32,901 nt of DNA, from assembly GCA_964568305.1 (NCBI GenBank), contig CAZMPS010000001.1, positions 1 through 32,901 on the forward strand, in the 5' to 3' direction. The notes under the pieces are model-generated. The model was not told the origin of the DNA. It saw only the letters and a program-made list of their open reading frames with translations, and did no database searches. Position numbers and translations under genes: made by a program. The stretch is from an uncultured Burkholderiaceae bacterium (GTDB lineage: Bacteria > Pseudomonadota > Gammaproteobacteria > Burkholderiales > Burkholderiaceae_D). Positions 20,162 to 31,118 of the stretch are shown here, piece by piece; position 1 is the stretch's first letter, and every line of letters begins with the position of its first letter.

Positions 20162-21346
20162 TTATTCGATTTCGTTGTCGATATTGCTTCTAATCCGTTT
20201 GGCGTTTGGCCTTTTTCCTACTGTAACGGTCAGCATTAACTCCTGATTTCGTCTTAACACGGTCATTTTTACCGTTCTAGTGGGTGATAATTTCGCAATA
20301 AAATCCAGCATTTCAGTGGTGTCCGAGATGGGTTTGTTTTCAATTGCTAATAAAATATCACCGGGTTTTATTCCGGCTTTATCCGCTGGCCCATTTCTCA
20401 ATACACCAGCAATCAGTGCGCCGGTTTTTTTCTTTAAACCAAAACTCTCGGCTAAATCGGCAGTGATATTTTGTGGCTCGACGCCGATCCAGCCGCGAAC
20501 AACGTGACCGGTTTTAATAATGGATTCCATCACTGTTTTGACGGTTGATACTGGAATGGCGAAGCCAATTCCTTGTGAACCCCCACTCCGTGAATAAATG
20601 GCGGTATTGATGCCAATTAAATTGCCATTTGAGTCGGTCAATGCGCCACCAGAATTGCCCGGGTTAATTGCCGCATCGGTTTGAATAAAGTTTTCAAAGG
20701 TGTTAATGCCAAGATGATTGCGGCCTAAGGCAGAAATAATACCCATCGTTACTGTTTGTCCGACGCCAAATGGATTTCCAATAGCGAGCACCACATCTCC
20801 AACTTTGGATAGTTCGACATGACCAAGGGTGATTGCTGGTAAATCGGGCAAATCGATTTTAATCACAGCAAGATCGGTTTCGGGATCGGCACCAACAATT
20901 TTTGCGGTAGTTTTGCGTCCATCAGCCAATGCCACTTCTATTTCATCGGCTGCCTCAATGACGTGATTATTCGTCAGGATATATCCTTGTGGACTGACGA
21001 CGACACCAGAGCCTAGGCTAGATTGTTTTTCTTCCTCACGGAAGCGGTCACCGAAAAATTTCCTAAAAAATGGATCTTCTAATAACGGAGTTCTCGCTTG
21101 TCTGTATTCTTTCGTCGTAAAAATATTAACCACAGAAGGCATTGCCCGCTTCGCCGCATCACGATAGGACGCTTGTGCTATCGATGCGGGTGCTTCTTGT
21201 AGCGTCACTGTAGAAGAAGCAATATGCATATCCTGCGCCCCACTCATCATTTGCTTTACCCATTCAGGTTTTAGTGTGGCGAAAATAAAATAAATAGCCA
21301 AACCGACAGTCACGGTTTGTGCAAATAACAGCCAAAAACGTCGCAT
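20162..21346 (-). CDS. Membrane-anchored S1C serine endoprotease with one PDZ domain (DegS/AlgW-like)
   Basis: N-terminal TM helix. Catalytic His (TNNHVI), Asp (DLAVIKI) and Ser (GNSGGAL). A single C-terminal PDZ-like region (GIKPGDILLAIENKPI). Confidence 0.85.
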   Translation of the reverse strand: MRRFWLLFAQTVTVGLAIYFIFATLKPEWVKQMMSGAQDMHIASSTVTLQEAPASIAQASYRDAAKRAMPSVVNIFTTKEYRQARTPLLEDPFFRKFFGDRFREEEKQSSLGSGVVVSPQGYILTNNHVIEAADEIEVALADGRKTTAKIVGADPETDLAVIKIDLPDLPAITLGHVELSKVGDVVLAIGNPFGVGQTVTMGIISALGRNHLGINTFENFIQTDAAINPGNSGGALTDSNGNLIGINTAIYSRSGGSQGIGFAIPVSTVKTVMESIIKTGHVVRGWIGVEPQNITADLAESFGLKKKTGALIAGVLRNGPADKAGIKPGDILLAIENKPISDTTEMLDFIAKLSPTRTVKMTVLRRNQELMLTVTVGKRPNAKRIRSNIDNEIE

Positions 21347-21653
21347 ATCAAACCTATCAATAAACGAGAAGCAAAAATTAAATGATTTAACAACTCTTAA
21401 AACATAGAGTTTCCAATATGGGGATAGCTGCTGAGAATATCTAGTATTTTTTGCAAATAGAGTGTTTGTTAAAAGTGTTAATTGGGGATGGTTGAGTTTG
21501 TTGTGCGTGTTGCTTTTAATTTGTGGTCAATAACAATACGATAATCCTATAGATCGACATTTTTCTTTATAACAAGGCTCGGCTCCGTTATAATTTAAGG
21601 TTATGGGTTTTTTTACAAATTTTTTGATTTTTTGACTGATTGGTGGAATTGGT

Positions 21654-22262
21654 ATGAGTGAAGAAAAGCAGGTCGATTCCGGCCGACGCGGCTTGCTCGT
21701 CGCCACGTGTGCGGCGGGTGGTGTTGCGGGATTGGCGACAACGGGGGCATTGGTAAGTACATTCCAGCCGTCTGAGCGCGCGAAAGCTGCTGGCGCGCCA
21801 GTGGAGGTGGATGTAACGGGCTTGGCTCCTGGTGAAATGAAAACAGTTGAGTGGCGTGGCAAACCTATCTGGATCTTGAAGCGCTCCCCAGAAATGGTGG
21901 AGTCGCTCAAAAAATCGCATGATCAACTCGCAGATCCCGATTCTCAGCGTAACAAAGATGAATTGACGCCGGAATACGCGCGCAAAGAATATCGCTCCAT
22001 CAAGCCAGAATTGTTGGTTGTAGTCGGTATTTGTTCCCATCTCGGTTGTTCTCCAAGTACTAAGTTCCAGCCGGGCCCACAATCTTCTTTGCCAGATGAT
22101 TGGCCAGGTGGATTTTTGTGTCCTTGTCATGGCTCCACCTTCGATCTCGCTGGTCGTGTCTATAAAAACAAACCAGCGCCTGATAATTTACAAGTGCCGC
22201 GCCATATGTTTGTTGGCGATAACAAACTAATCATTGGCAAGGACGAAAAGGGCGAGGCGTAA
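21654..22262 (+). CDS. petA: Ubiquinol-cytochrome c reductase Rieske iron-sulfur subunit
   Basis: Tat-like N-terminus SGRRGLLV. Rieske boxes CSHLGC and CPCHGS. Confidence 0.95.
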   Translation: MSEEKQVDSGRRGLLVATCAAGGVAGLATTGALVSTFQPSERAKAAGAPVEVDVTGLAPGEMKTVEWRGKPIWILKRSPEMVESLKKSHDQLADPDSQRNKDELTPEYARKEYRSIKPELLVVVGICSHLGCSPSTKFQPGPQSSLPDDWPGGFLCPCHGSTFDLAGRVYKNKPAPDNLQVPRHMFVGDNKLIIGKDEKGEA

Positions 22263-22264
22263 TC

Positions 22265-23674
22265 ATGGCATTTCAAGAAAAAAAACTTCCGGCTAACGCA
22301 CCTACTGCTAAAAAAGCATTGAATTGGGTGGATGCGCGTTTCCCCCTTAGCAAGCTTTGGAATGATCAGTGGGGCCAGTATTATGCACCGAAAAATTTTA
22401 ATTTTTGGTACATCTTTGGCTCGCTAGCGATGTTTGTATTGGTTTTGCAGATTGTCACAGGTATTTTTTTGACGATGCACTACAAACCTGATGCAAATCT
22501 GGCATTTTCTTCCGTCGAATACATTATGCGTGAGGTGCCATGGGGTTGGTTGGTACGTTACATGCACTCAACCGGTGCTTCGGCCTTCTTTATTATTGTG
22601 TATTTGCACATGACGCGCGGCTTGCTGTATGGCTCATATCGCAAACCACGAGAGTTAATTTGGTTGTTTGGTTTTGCCATTTTCTTGTGTTTGATGGCTG
22701 AAGCGTTTTTCGGTTATTTGCTTCCTTGGGGACAAATGTCCTATTGGGGGGCGCAAGTTATTGTTAACTTATTCGGCGCAATTCCTTTCATCGGACCGGA
22801 TCTTTCCTTGTGGATACGTGGTGATTACGTTGTGTCGGATGCGACTTTGAATCGTTTCTTTGCATTTCACGTGATTGCTATTCCTTTGGTCTTGTTAGGT
22901 TTGGTCGTGGCGCATTTGATTGCATTGCATGAGGTGGGTTCAGGTAATCCAGATGGTATTGAAGTAAAAGAGCATCTTGGCGAAGATGGTCATCCTTTAG
23001 ATTCGATTCCTTCGCACCCGTACTATTCAGTGCATGACATTTTTGGTGTGTCAGTTTTCTTGCTCATTTTCAGTACGATTGTATTTTTTGCGCCTGAAAT
23101 GGGTGGGTATTTCTTGGAATATAACAATTTTATTCCTGCTGACTCCTTGAAAACACCGCCACACATTGCGCCAACCTGGTATTTCACGCCGTTTTATTCA
23201 ATTTTGCGTGCCACAACCTCTGAGTTTTTGTATGCGCTCATGGTTGGCATTGTTGCTTACGTTAGTTTGATTTACCTGAAATCAAAATTGAGCGGTAAGG
23301 TAAAGGCAGCTATCGCTGCTGTCGGTTTGGTGGCGATTGTTGGCATGTTGCCAGGTGCATTAGATGCAAAGTTCTGGGGTGTGGTGTTGTTTGGTTCCTC
23401 AGTCGTTATTTTGGCTGCTTTGCCTTGGTTGGATTTGTCTCCTGTTAAATCTATTCGTTATCGTCCAGATTGGCATAAATACGTCTATCTTGTATTTGGC
23501 ACTGCTTTTGTTACTTTGGGTTATTTAGGTGTGCAGGCGCCTTCACCAATCGGAGAGCGTATATCGCAAATATGTACCTTCATTTATTTTGGCTTCTTTT
23601 TGTTGATGCCATGGTGGAGTACCATGGGAACATGCAAAAAAGTTCCTGATCGTGTGACGTTTCATCCACACTAA
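22265..23674 (+). CDS. petB: Cytochrome b of the bc1 complex
   Basis: 469-aa polytopic membrane protein with conserved W..RY.H..GAS and heme-ligand His positions. It lies immediately after petA. Confidence 0.95.
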   Translation: MAFQEKKLPANAPTAKKALNWVDARFPLSKLWNDQWGQYYAPKNFNFWYIFGSLAMFVLVLQIVTGIFLTMHYKPDANLAFSSVEYIMREVPWGWLVRYMHSTGASAFFIIVYLHMTRGLLYGSYRKPRELIWLFGFAIFLCLMAEAFFGYLLPWGQMSYWGAQVIVNLFGAIPFIGPDLSLWIRGDYVVSDATLNRFFAFHVIAIPLVLLGLVVAHLIALHEVGSGNPDGIEVKEHLGEDGHPLDSIPSHPYYSVHDIFGVSVFLLIFSTIVFFAPEMGGYFLEYNNFIPADSLKTPPHIAPTWYFTPFYSILRATTSEFLYALMVGIVAYVSLIYLKSKLSGKVKAAIAAVGLVAIVGMLPGALDAKFWGVVLFGSSVVILAALPWLDLSPVKSIRYRPDWHKYVYLVFGTAFVTLGYLGVQAPSPIGERISQICTFIYFGFFLLMPWWSTMGTCKKVPDRVTFHPH

Positions 23675-23725
23675 ATTGACCAATAAATGAACTTAAGCAT
23701 AAGAATAAGCATAAAAGGGACATAC

Positions 23726-24496
23726 ATGAAATTGCTTAAAAAATTAATAGCAACGCTAACCTTAACCTTGATCCCATTATTTGCGTGGTCAAGTGGTGGT
23801 TCGCATCCGTTGGATCAAGCACCTGATCGTTCTACTGATATGGCTGCTTTGCAGAATGGAGCGAAATTATTCGTTAATTATTGTTTAAATTGTCATTCCG
23901 CTTCTGCAATGCGTTATAACCGGCTCAAGGATATAGGCTTAACCGAAGAGCAAATTGCGCAAAATTTGTTATTCACCGGTGATAAGGTTGGTGAGTTGAT
24001 GAAAACATCTTTATCAGCGAAAGATGCAAAAGCGTGGTTTGGTGTAGTCCCACCGGATCTTTCTGTGATCGCACGTGCTAAGTCTTCTGGTGCTGGTTCA
24101 GGTGCTGATTATTTATATACCTATTTGCGAACTTTCTATAAGGATGATGCGCGTGCTAATGGTTGGAATAATTTGGTGTTTCCAAATGCGGCCATGCCAC
24201 ATGCTTTGTGGGAATTGCAAGGTGTCAAGAGTGCCAAATTTATTGAAATGAAAGATCCACACGACGAAAGCAAAGTGATTCATAAGTTTGATAGATTTGA
24301 AACAGTCAAAGCAGGTAAATTGACCGCGACAGAATATGATTCTGCCGTTGCCGATTTGGTGGCTTATCTGAATTGGATGGCGGAACCAGCGCAAACCCAT
24401 CGTAAACGTTTGGGCGTTTTGGTATTGTTTTTCCTTGGCGCGTTGTGTTTGTTGACCTGGCGTTTGAATGCGGCTTATTGGAAAGACATAAAGTAA
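23726..24496 (+). CDS. petC: Cytochrome c1
   Basis: Signal peptide MKLLKKLIATLTLTLIPLFAWS, heme motif CLNCH and a C-terminal TM anchor. The ATG 23726 start with an upstream AAGGGA RBS is preferred over the track start at 23687. Confidence 0.9.
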   Translation: MKLLKKLIATLTLTLIPLFAWSSGGSHPLDQAPDRSTDMAALQNGAKLFVNYCLNCHSASAMRYNRLKDIGLTEEQIAQNLLFTGDKVGELMKTSLSAKDAKAWFGVVPPDLSVIARAKSSGAGSGADYLYTYLRTFYKDDARANGWNNLVFPNAAMPHALWELQGVKSAKFIEMKDPHDESKVIHKFDRFETVKAGKLTATEYDSAVADLVAYLNWMAEPAQTHRKRLGVLVLFFLGALCLLTWRLNAAYWKDIK

Positions 24497-24582
24497 ACTT
24501 GTCGCCTGTATAACAGGTAATTATTTTGGGGTGATCGCATATACACAGCGCTTCACCCCTTATTTCTTAAGGAACTATAACA

Positions 24583-25194
24583 ATGATGGTTCTCTACTCT
24601 GGTACCACATGCCCTTTTTCCCAACGTTGCCGTCTCGTTTTGTTTGAAAAAGGGATGGATTTTGAAATACGGGATGTCGATCTGTTTAATAAACCAGAAG
24701 ATATTTTGGTTATGAATCCGTATGGCCAGGTGCCTGTTTTGGTTGAGCGTGATCTCATTTTGTATGAATCCAATATCATTAATGAGTACATTGATGAGCG
24801 TTTTCCTCATCCGCAACTTATGCCGGCAGACCCATTGATGCGTGCACGTGCGCGGCTGATGCTTTTTAATTTTGAAAAAGAATTATTTATTCATGTACAC
24901 ACGCTTGAAAATGAAAAAGCTGGAAACCTGGAAAAGGCACATGAAAAAGCACGCGTAGAAATTCGTGATCGTTTGACCATGTTGGCACCTCTGTTTTTGA
25001 AAAACAAATACATGTTGGGTGATGAGTTTTCTATGTTGGATGTGGCGATTGCGCCGCTACTGTGGCGTTTAGATCACTACGGTATTGAGCTTTCTAAGAC
25101 GGCTGCGCCTTTGATGAAGTATGCTGAACGTATTTTTTCTCGTCCGGCATATATTGAAGCGTTGACACCTTCTGAAAAGGTAATGCGTCGTTAA
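24583..25194 (+). CDS. sspA: Stringent starvation protein A (GST-like)
   Basis: The 203-aa GST fold begins MVLYSGTTCPFSQRCRLVLFEKG and is followed by sspB. Confidence 0.9.
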   Translation: MMVLYSGTTCPFSQRCRLVLFEKGMDFEIRDVDLFNKPEDILVMNPYGQVPVLVERDLILYESNIINEYIDERFPHPQLMPADPLMRARARLMLFNFEKELFIHVHTLENEKAGNLEKAHEKARVEIRDRLTMLAPLFLKNKYMLGDEFSMLDVAIAPLLWRLDHYGIELSKTAAPLMKYAERIFSRPAYIEALTPSEKVMRR

Positions 25195-25240
25195 TTTTGC
25201 GTGGTGTGATTTGGCACCAAGTTTTAGTACAGCGAAAATT

Positions 25241-25780
25241 ATGTCCGAAATTTCCACTAAACCCTATATGCTGCGAGCCATTTATGAATGGTGTGCAGAT
25301 AGCGGCTATACCCCATATATCGCAATTAAAGTTGATAGGAACACTCGTGTACCAATGGAGTTTGTCAAAAATGGCGAAATTGTATTAAACATCAGTTTTG
25401 GTGCCACGAGTGGTTTGAAAATGGACAATGATTTCATCCAATTTCATGCTCGGTTTGGTGGTGTTTCGCGCGAGATTTTGGTTCCCGTACAAAATGTCTT
25501 GGCAATTTATGCTAATGAAAATGGTCAAGGCATGATGTTCGATGCACCTCCTCCGATAATTGATGAACCTGTTGTTTCGACAAACGTGGTGCCAAAGTCT
25601 GGGCCACGCGGCGTGCTCAAAGGCGTGCCTACTTCTGCGCTTGCAACATCCAAATCAGGCGAGTCGTTGACTTCATCAGATTTGTCTTATTCGTCTAGTG
25701 ATGTAAGGCAAGGTGATGGTGATGATAACTCCCCTCCTCCAAAAAAAAATGGAAAACCCAACATTGTGCGGATTAAATAG
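25241..25780 (+). CDS. sspB: ClpXP adaptor, stringent starvation protein B
   Basis: MSEISTKPYMLRAIYEWCADSGYTPYIAIKVD N-terminal domain, a low-complexity linker, and a C-terminal basic ClpX-binding tail (PNIVRIK). Confidence 0.9.
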   Translation: MSEISTKPYMLRAIYEWCADSGYTPYIAIKVDRNTRVPMEFVKNGEIVLNISFGATSGLKMDNDFIQFHARFGGVSREILVPVQNVLAIYANENGQGMMFDAPPPIIDEPVVSTNVVPKSGPRGVLKGVPTSALATSKSGESLTSSDLSYSSSDVRQGDGDDNSPPPKKNGKPNIVRIK

Positions 25781-25806
25781 GGTATAATTCGGCTTCTTCA
25801 GTTTTC

Positions 25807-25882
<76 letters not shown>

Positions 25883-25887
25883 AAGAT

Positions 25888-25921
25888 AAAAAGGGCTTAC
25901 AGAAATGTAAGCCCTTTTTTG
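25888..25921 (+). terminator. Rho-independent terminator after tRNA-Thr
   Basis: Stem AAGGGCTTACA (25891-25901) / TGTAAGCCCTT (25906-25916) followed by TTTTT. Confidence 0.85.
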
Positions 25922-26137
25922 CTTGGTAGTTACATTGGCTAAATATTCACTCTAACTGGTACATAGCATACCTATCATTGCAAATTTATACGTAATCCCA
26001 ACATAGTTGTCTCCTTATGGGTATGAGGAATATCAGTTACAATCGCGATTGGTTGTTCCATGCAATTGATGTCAATTAAATATTTAAATAAACGTTGATA
26101 TCGCGCATTAAGTTAAACAATAAAGATAAACCACATC

Positions 26138-26947
26138 GTGTCTAATTTCGTTGAAATTCGTGATTTACAGTTCGCTTATGGTGAGCGCCAGATTTTGTCG
26201 GGCGTGAATATGGACTTTCCGCGTGGCAAAATTGTGGCGGTAATGGGTGGTTCCGGTTCAGGCAAGACGACGGTTTTGCGTTTAATCGGTGGCCAGTTAC
26301 GGCCGCAAGAAGGTACTGTATCCGTTGATGATCAGATTGTGCATGAGTTAGATAGCAAGAACTTGTATGTTTTGCGGCGCAAAATGGGGATGTTGTTTCA
26401 ACATGGAGCGTTGTTTACCGATTTGTCCGTATTTGAAAATGTTGCTTTCACTTTGCGTGAGCACACGAATTTATCTGAGTCGTTGATTCATGATTTAGTC
26501 TTGATGAAGTTGAATGCGGTGGGATTACGAAATGCACAGCAATTGATGCCTAGCGAAATGTCCGGTGGCATGGCCCGTCGCGTTGCCTTGGCGCGTGCAA
26601 TTGCCCTAGATGCACAGCTTTTGATGTATGACGAACCATTTGCTGGGTTAGACCCGATTTCTATGGGTGTCATCGCCAATTTGATTCGTAAATTGAATAA
26701 TGCGCTTGGTTCGACTTCAATTTTGGTTTCCCATGACGTACAGGAATCTTTCTTAATCGCTGATTTTGTCTATTTTTTATCGCAGGGAAAGATCATCGCC
26801 CAGGGCACACCTGCAGAAATGTTAGTTTCTAATGATCCTTACGTACGTCAATTTGTGCACGCCGAAACAGATGGTCCCGTCCCTTTTCATTATCCGGGTC
26901 CGTCAATCGCACAGGATTTGAGGATGCGGCAGGAGCCAGGCGCATGA
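26138..26947 (+). CDS. mlaF: Phospholipid ABC transporter ATP-binding protein MlaF
   Basis: Walker A GGSGSGKTT, signature MSGGMARRVALARA, Walker B LLMYDEP. GTG start. First gene of the mla cluster. Confidence 0.9.
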   Translation: MSNFVEIRDLQFAYGERQILSGVNMDFPRGKIVAVMGGSGSGKTTVLRLIGGQLRPQEGTVSVDDQIVHELDSKNLYVLRRKMGMLFQHGALFTDLSVFENVAFTLREHTNLSESLIHDLVLMKLNAVGLRNAQQLMPSEMSGGMARRVALARAIALDAQLLMYDEPFAGLDPISMGVIANLIRKLNNALGSTSILVSHDVQESFLIADFVYFLSQGKIIAQGTPAEMLVSNDPYVRQFVHAETDGPVPFHYPGPSIAQDLRMRQEPGA

Positions 26948-27726
26948 AGCTTAATTTTTTGTCCCATTTGGGGCGTCCTGTGCGTAAGTTTGTGATTCGT
27001 CTTGGTATGGCGACACGTTTGTTTTTTGCATTATTGGTGGCTTCATTTTCTGTTTGGCGACGTCCGAGATTGGTAACCCAGCAGATACATTTTATCGGTA
27101 ATCATTCTTTAGTCATTATTGCTGTGTCCGGTTTGTTTGTTGGTTTTGTATTGGGGTTGCAGGGTTATTACACTTTAAATAAATATGGTTCGGAGCAGGC
27201 GTTGGGTTTGTTAGTCGCTTTGTCTTTGGTGCGTGAGTTAGGGCCAGTAGTGACAGCTTTGCTGTTTGCTGGGCGGGCGGGAACTTCGTTAACGGCTGAA
27301 ATTGGTTTGATGAAGGCTGGTGAGCAGTTGGCGGCCATGGAAATGATGGCGGTCAATCCTTTACATCGTGTACTGGTGCCACGTTTTCTGGCGGGCGTGT
27401 TTGCTATGCCAGTTCTGGCGGTTATTTTCAGTGCACTTGGTGTGGGTGGTGCTTATGTTGTTGGTGTGCAATTGATTGGCGTGGATGACGGCGCATTTTG
27501 GGCACAAATGCAGGCAGGTGTCGACGTGATGCAGGATATTGCGAATGGTGTGATTAAAAGCATTGTCTTTGGTTTTGCGGTAACGTTCGTTGCTTTGTTC
27601 CAAGGTTATGAGGCGCAAGCGACCCCAGAAGGTGTGTCTAGAGCGACAACGCGCACGGTTGTGATCGCGTCATTGATCGTGCTTGGATTGGATTTTGTGC
27701 TGACGGCATTAATGTTTAGTAAGTAA
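26944..27726 (+). CDS. mlaE: Phospholipid ABC transporter permease MlaE
   Basis: 260-aa polytopic permease. It overlaps mlaF by 4 nt. Contains the conserved LVRELGPVVTALLFAGRAG segment. Confidence 0.9.
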   Translation: MKLNFLSHLGRPVRKFVIRLGMATRLFFALLVASFSVWRRPRLVTQQIHFIGNHSLVIIAVSGLFVGFVLGLQGYYTLNKYGSEQALGLLVALSLVRELGPVVTALLFAGRAGTSLTAEIGLMKAGEQLAAMEMMAVNPLHRVLVPRFLAGVFAMPVLAVIFSALGVGGAYVVGVQLIGVDDGAFWAQMQAGVDVMQDIANGVIKSIVFGFAVTFVALFQGYEAQATPEGVSRATTRTVVIASLIVLGLDFVLTALMFSK

Positions 27727-27791
27727 TAAATTAATTCAATTCAATATCTAAAAGTACAACACTATATATAAACATAAAGTAAGTGGAAATT

Positions 27792-28292
27792 ATGCAAGAT
27801 AAACAACTTAATAAGCGCAATACATTGCACACGTTAGATATGTGGGTAGGCTTGTTCGTATTGTTGGGTGTGGCTGCGTTGTTATTTTTGGCGCTCAAGG
27901 TGGGCAATATGAGCGCGTGGTCATTGGATAAAAATTATGTGGTAACTAGTAAGTTTGACAATATTGGAGGTTTAAAGTTGCGTGCGCCAGTGAAAAGTGC
28001 TGGCGTGGTGGTGGGCCGTGTAGTGAATATCAAGTTTGATGATAAGAATTTTCAGGCATTGGTCACCATGAATTTGGATGCGCGTTATCAATTCCCCAAA
28101 GATAGCTCAGCCAAAATTTTGACATCAGGTTTATTGGGTGAGCAATACATTGGTTTGGAGCCTGGTGGTGATACGCATAATTTGGTGGCTGGAGACCAGA
28201 TTAAGATGACACAATCTGCCATCGTATTGGAGAGTCTGATTAGTCAATTTTTGTATAGCAAGGCAGCGGAAGGAAAGAGTGACAGTAAATGA
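27792..28292 (+). CDS. mlaD: MCE-domain protein MlaD
   Basis: N-terminal TM anchor, then an MCE fold (GGLKLRAPVKSAGVVVGRV). ATG 27792 is preferred over the GTG at 27783. Confidence 0.85.
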   Translation: MQDKQLNKRNTLHTLDMWVGLFVLLGVAALLFLALKVGNMSAWSLDKNYVVTSKFDNIGGLKLRAPVKSAGVVVGRVVNIKFDDKNFQALVTMNLDARYQFPKDSSAKILTSGLLGEQYIGLEPGGDTHNLVAGDQIKMTQSAIVLESLISQFLYSKAAEGKSDSK

Positions 28293-29059
28293 AGCATTTT
28301 TCTCGTTTTATGCGCTTGTTTGTTGTTGGTGTGGTAATTTTTTTGTCTGGCTGTGCCAATTTTCATAAGTCCTCTGATCCTTTTGAGGAATTTAATCGGG
28401 CAATGTTTACGTTTAATGACAAGGTTGATGACGTTGCATTAAAACCCGTTGCGACCATGTATCAATCGTTGGTGCCATCTTTCGTCCAAACTGGCATTGC
28501 GAATTTTTTCGGCAATTTGGGTGACGTCTGGACCGCAGTTAATAATTTGCTCCAAGGCAAAGTGGCTGAGGGAATGTCAGATATTACGCGTGTTAGCTTT
28601 AATACTACTTTCGGATTGGGTGGTTTGATTGACTTGTCGTCCGAAGTTGGTTTGGCTAAGCATAAAGAAGATTTTGGTCAAACTTTGGGCGAATGGGGTG
28701 TGCCAGCAGGTCCTTACGTTGTATTGCCATTCTTTGGTTCATCCACTTTACGTGATAGCGCTGCTCTTCCAGTTGATATGAGTGCAGACTTGTGGAGCCA
28801 AAAAGAACCGGTGCGTTGGCGTAATGTGGGGACGGCTGTGCGTTTGGTGGATACTCGCGCTGCGGTGTTGGGTGCGTCTGGGTTATTGGAAGATGCTGCA
28901 CTAGATAAATACGAATTTGTGCGAGATGCGTATTTGCAACGACGTGTTGGACAAATTAATGATGGTGAACCAGTACGTTCTGGTTTGTCTGAGTATTTTA
29001 AATTTGATAATGATGACCTTGATTCTCGGCCTCTCAATGGTGTTGATATCCGGCAATAA
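28289..29059 (+). CDS. mlaA: Outer-membrane lipoprotein MlaA/VacJ
   Basis: Lipobox FLSGC. VacJ-family segments FNRAMFTFND and VLPFFGSSTLRD. Overlaps mlaD by 4 nt. Confidence 0.85.
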   Translation: MKHFSRFMRLFVVGVVIFLSGCANFHKSSDPFEEFNRAMFTFNDKVDDVALKPVATMYQSLVPSFVQTGIANFFGNLGDVWTAVNNLLQGKVAEGMSDITRVSFNTTFGLGGLIDLSSEVGLAKHKEDFGQTLGEWGVPAGPYVVLPFFGSSTLRDSAALPVDMSADLWSQKEPVRWRNVGTAVRLVDTRAAVLGASGLLEDAALDKYEFVRDAYLQRRVGQINDGEPVRSGLSEYFKFDNDDLDSRPLNGVDIRQ

Positions 29060-29117
29060 ATCATGAGGATCATTGAATAATTTATGCAATAAAAAAGTAG
29101 AAATAGGGGTAAAAATC

Positions 29118-29792
29118 ATGCAAATACGCAAACAATTATTTGTTCTCACGTTTTTTATGAGCGTTTTTTTTGCTCTGTCGACGAGTGTTCGCGCAGCGGA
29201 AGAGACGCCGGATGTTTTAATCAAACGTATTAGTCAAGAAGTGCTAGATGCTGCAAAAGCAGATAAAGAGATTCAGCTGGGTAACCAGAAACGTATTCTG
29301 GATTTAGTGGAAACAAAAATTTTGCCTTATGTTAATTTCCAGCGTATGACGGCTTTAGCTACTGGTCGTCACTGGCGTTCTGCGAGTCCGGAACAACAAA
29401 AGCAATTGAGTGATGAGTTTCGCACTTTGTTGGTCTATACCTATTCCGGTGCCATTTCACAAATCAAAGACCAGCGTTTGGAATTCAAACCTTTGCGTGT
29501 TGATCCAGCGGACACAGAAGTCGTCGTACGTTCTCAAGTTGTGCAGGCAAGAGGTGAGCCGATTCAGCTGAACTATCGACTTGAAAAAGGTTCTGCTGGT
29601 TGGAAAATTTATGATATCAACGTGTTAGGCGCATGGTTGATTGAGACTTACAAGGGTAATTTTGCTACTGAAATCAATAAATCTGGTATCGATGGTTTGA
29701 TTCAAGTTTTGGTGGACAGAAATAAGAAGTTAGCAGAAAAAGCTGCCAAAACGAATAAAGTGAACAGTGTCAATATTGTGAATAACAAATAA
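29118..29792 (+). CDS. mlaC: Periplasmic phospholipid-binding protein MlaC (Ttg2D family)
   Basis: Signal peptide MQIRKQLFVLTFFMSVFFALSTSVRA and a Ttg2D-like body (FQRMTALATGRHWR). The RBS AGGGG lies upstream of ATG 29118. Confidence 0.85.
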   Translation: MQIRKQLFVLTFFMSVFFALSTSVRAAEETPDVLIKRISQEVLDAAKADKEIQLGNQKRILDLVETKILPYVNFQRMTALATGRHWRSASPEQQKQLSDEFRTLLVYTYSGAISQIKDQRLEFKPLRVDPADTEVVVRSQVVQARGEPIQLNYRLEKGSAGWKIYDINVLGAWLIETYKGNFATEINKSGIDGLIQVLVDRNKKLAEKAAKTNKVNSVNIVNNK

Positions 29793-29835
29793 ACACATTT
29801 ATAAATAAGCACTCTAATCAATACATTTTTCCACT

Positions 29836-30111
29836 ATGTTTACACTAGGTGCAACCCTGACGATGGACCAGCTTGATCAAGCAAAAAGTACGTTGGATGC
29901 TGGTTTGCTGGCGATTGCGCAAGGTCAGCAGGTGTTTGATTTGTCGCCAGTGTCAGCCTGTGATTCGATTGCTGTTGCGATTTTACTTGGATGGCAACGT
30001 GCTGCTCAGGAACAGGGCGTTGCATTACGTTTTGTTTCTGTTCCTGCTAATTTGCAAAGTCTAGTAGAACTGTATGGCGTGACGGATTTGTTGAGTATTT
30101 CTGACCTGTAG
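29836..30111 (+). CDS. mlaB: STAS-domain protein MlaB
   Basis: 91-aa STAS/anti-sigma-antagonist-like ORF directly after mlaC. Confidence 0.7.
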   Translation: MFTLGATLTMDQLDQAKSTLDAGLLAIAQGQQVFDLSPVSACDSIAVAILLGWQRAAQEQGVALRFVSVPANLQSLVELYGVTDLLSISDL

Positions 30112-30176
30112 GCAATCGATAACGTACAACGAGTTCGCTGATTAGTTAATTAATAAATTATCATTGGTTAGGCAGT

Positions 30177-31109
30177 ATGGCAGCAGCCGTTTATATTGAA
30201 GATGTCAAAAAGAGTTATGGCTCCTTGCAAGCTTTGGATGGCGTTTCGCTATCGATAGAAGAAGGTGAGTTTTTTGGCTTGTTGGGGCCGAATGGTGCCG
30301 GTAAAACCACTCTTATTTCCATCATTGCTGGCTTGAACCGCGCGGATGCCGGCAGCGTGAGCATTCATGGCCATAATGTCGTCAGCGATTACCGTGATGC
30401 ACGCCAAAAGCTCGGCATGGTGCCGCAAGAATTAGTGTTTGATCCTTTTTTCACCGTGCGCGAAACACTGCGCCTACAGTCCGGTTATTTTGGTATCGCC
30501 AATAATGATCGTTGGATTGATGATGTGATGGAAAATCTGGATTTGACGCATAAGGCTGATACTAATATGCGTGCGTTGTCCGGTGGCATGAAACGGCGTG
30601 TCTTGGTTGCGCAAGCGTTGGTACATAAACCGCCTGTCATTGTGTTGGATGAGCCGACTGCTGGTGTGGATGTGGAATTGCGCCAGACATTGTGGAAATT
30701 TATCACTCGCCTCAATCAAGAAGGTCACACCATCATTTTGACGACGCATTATTTGGAAGAAGCCCAATCTTTGTGCAAGCGTATTGCTATGTTGAAAAGC
30801 GGCAAAGTGGTGGCTTTGGATACCATGGCGGCACTGATTAAGCGTATTTCTGGTGTGCAGCTGGTGGTGCAATTGACATCAGGTGATTTGCCTTCTAGTT
30901 TGAAACCGCTGATGTTGCGCACGGGCGAAGTGCAATCAGGTACTGAAAATAGTAAGAATAATAAATTTGTTCTGCATATTAATGACTATGCCGAGATTGA
31001 ACATATTTTGGCCAGGATTCGTGAAAACGGCGCTGTTATAGAAGATATGCATTTGCAAAAAGCCGATTTGGAAGATGTGTTTTTGCAAGTGATGAGTGGA
31101 AATGCGTAG
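30177..31109 (+). CDS. ABC-2 type exporter ATP-binding protein
   Basis: Walker A GPNGAGKTT, signature LSGGMKRRV, Walker B VIVLDEPT. Confidence 0.85.
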   Translation: MAAAVYIEDVKKSYGSLQALDGVSLSIEEGEFFGLLGPNGAGKTTLISIIAGLNRADAGSVSIHGHNVVSDYRDARQKLGMVPQELVFDPFFTVRETLRLQSGYFGIANNDRWIDDVMENLDLTHKADTNMRALSGGMKRRVLVAQALVHKPPVIVLDEPTAGVDVELRQTLWKFITRLNQEGHTIILTTHYLEEAQSLCKRIAMLKSGKVVALDTMAALIKRISGVQLVVQLTSGDLPSSLKPLMLRTGEVQSGTENSKNNKFVLHINDYAEIEHILARIRENGAVIEDMHLQKADLEDVFLQVMSGNA

Positions 31110-31118
31110 TGATGCCCA

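Noticed and set aside
24528-24559. GGGGTGA...TCACCCC hairpin after petC as a terminator
   Set aside because: The 7-bp stem encloses an 18-nt loop with little internal pairing. It may attenuate transcription between petC and sspA, but it is not convincing enough to list as a feature.
25883-26137. tRNA-Thr 3' flank as an integration hotspot
   Set aside because: No integrase gene, no repeat of the tRNA 3' end and no foreign genes follow. After a terminator and 215 bp of AT-rich spacer, the conserved mla operon begins.
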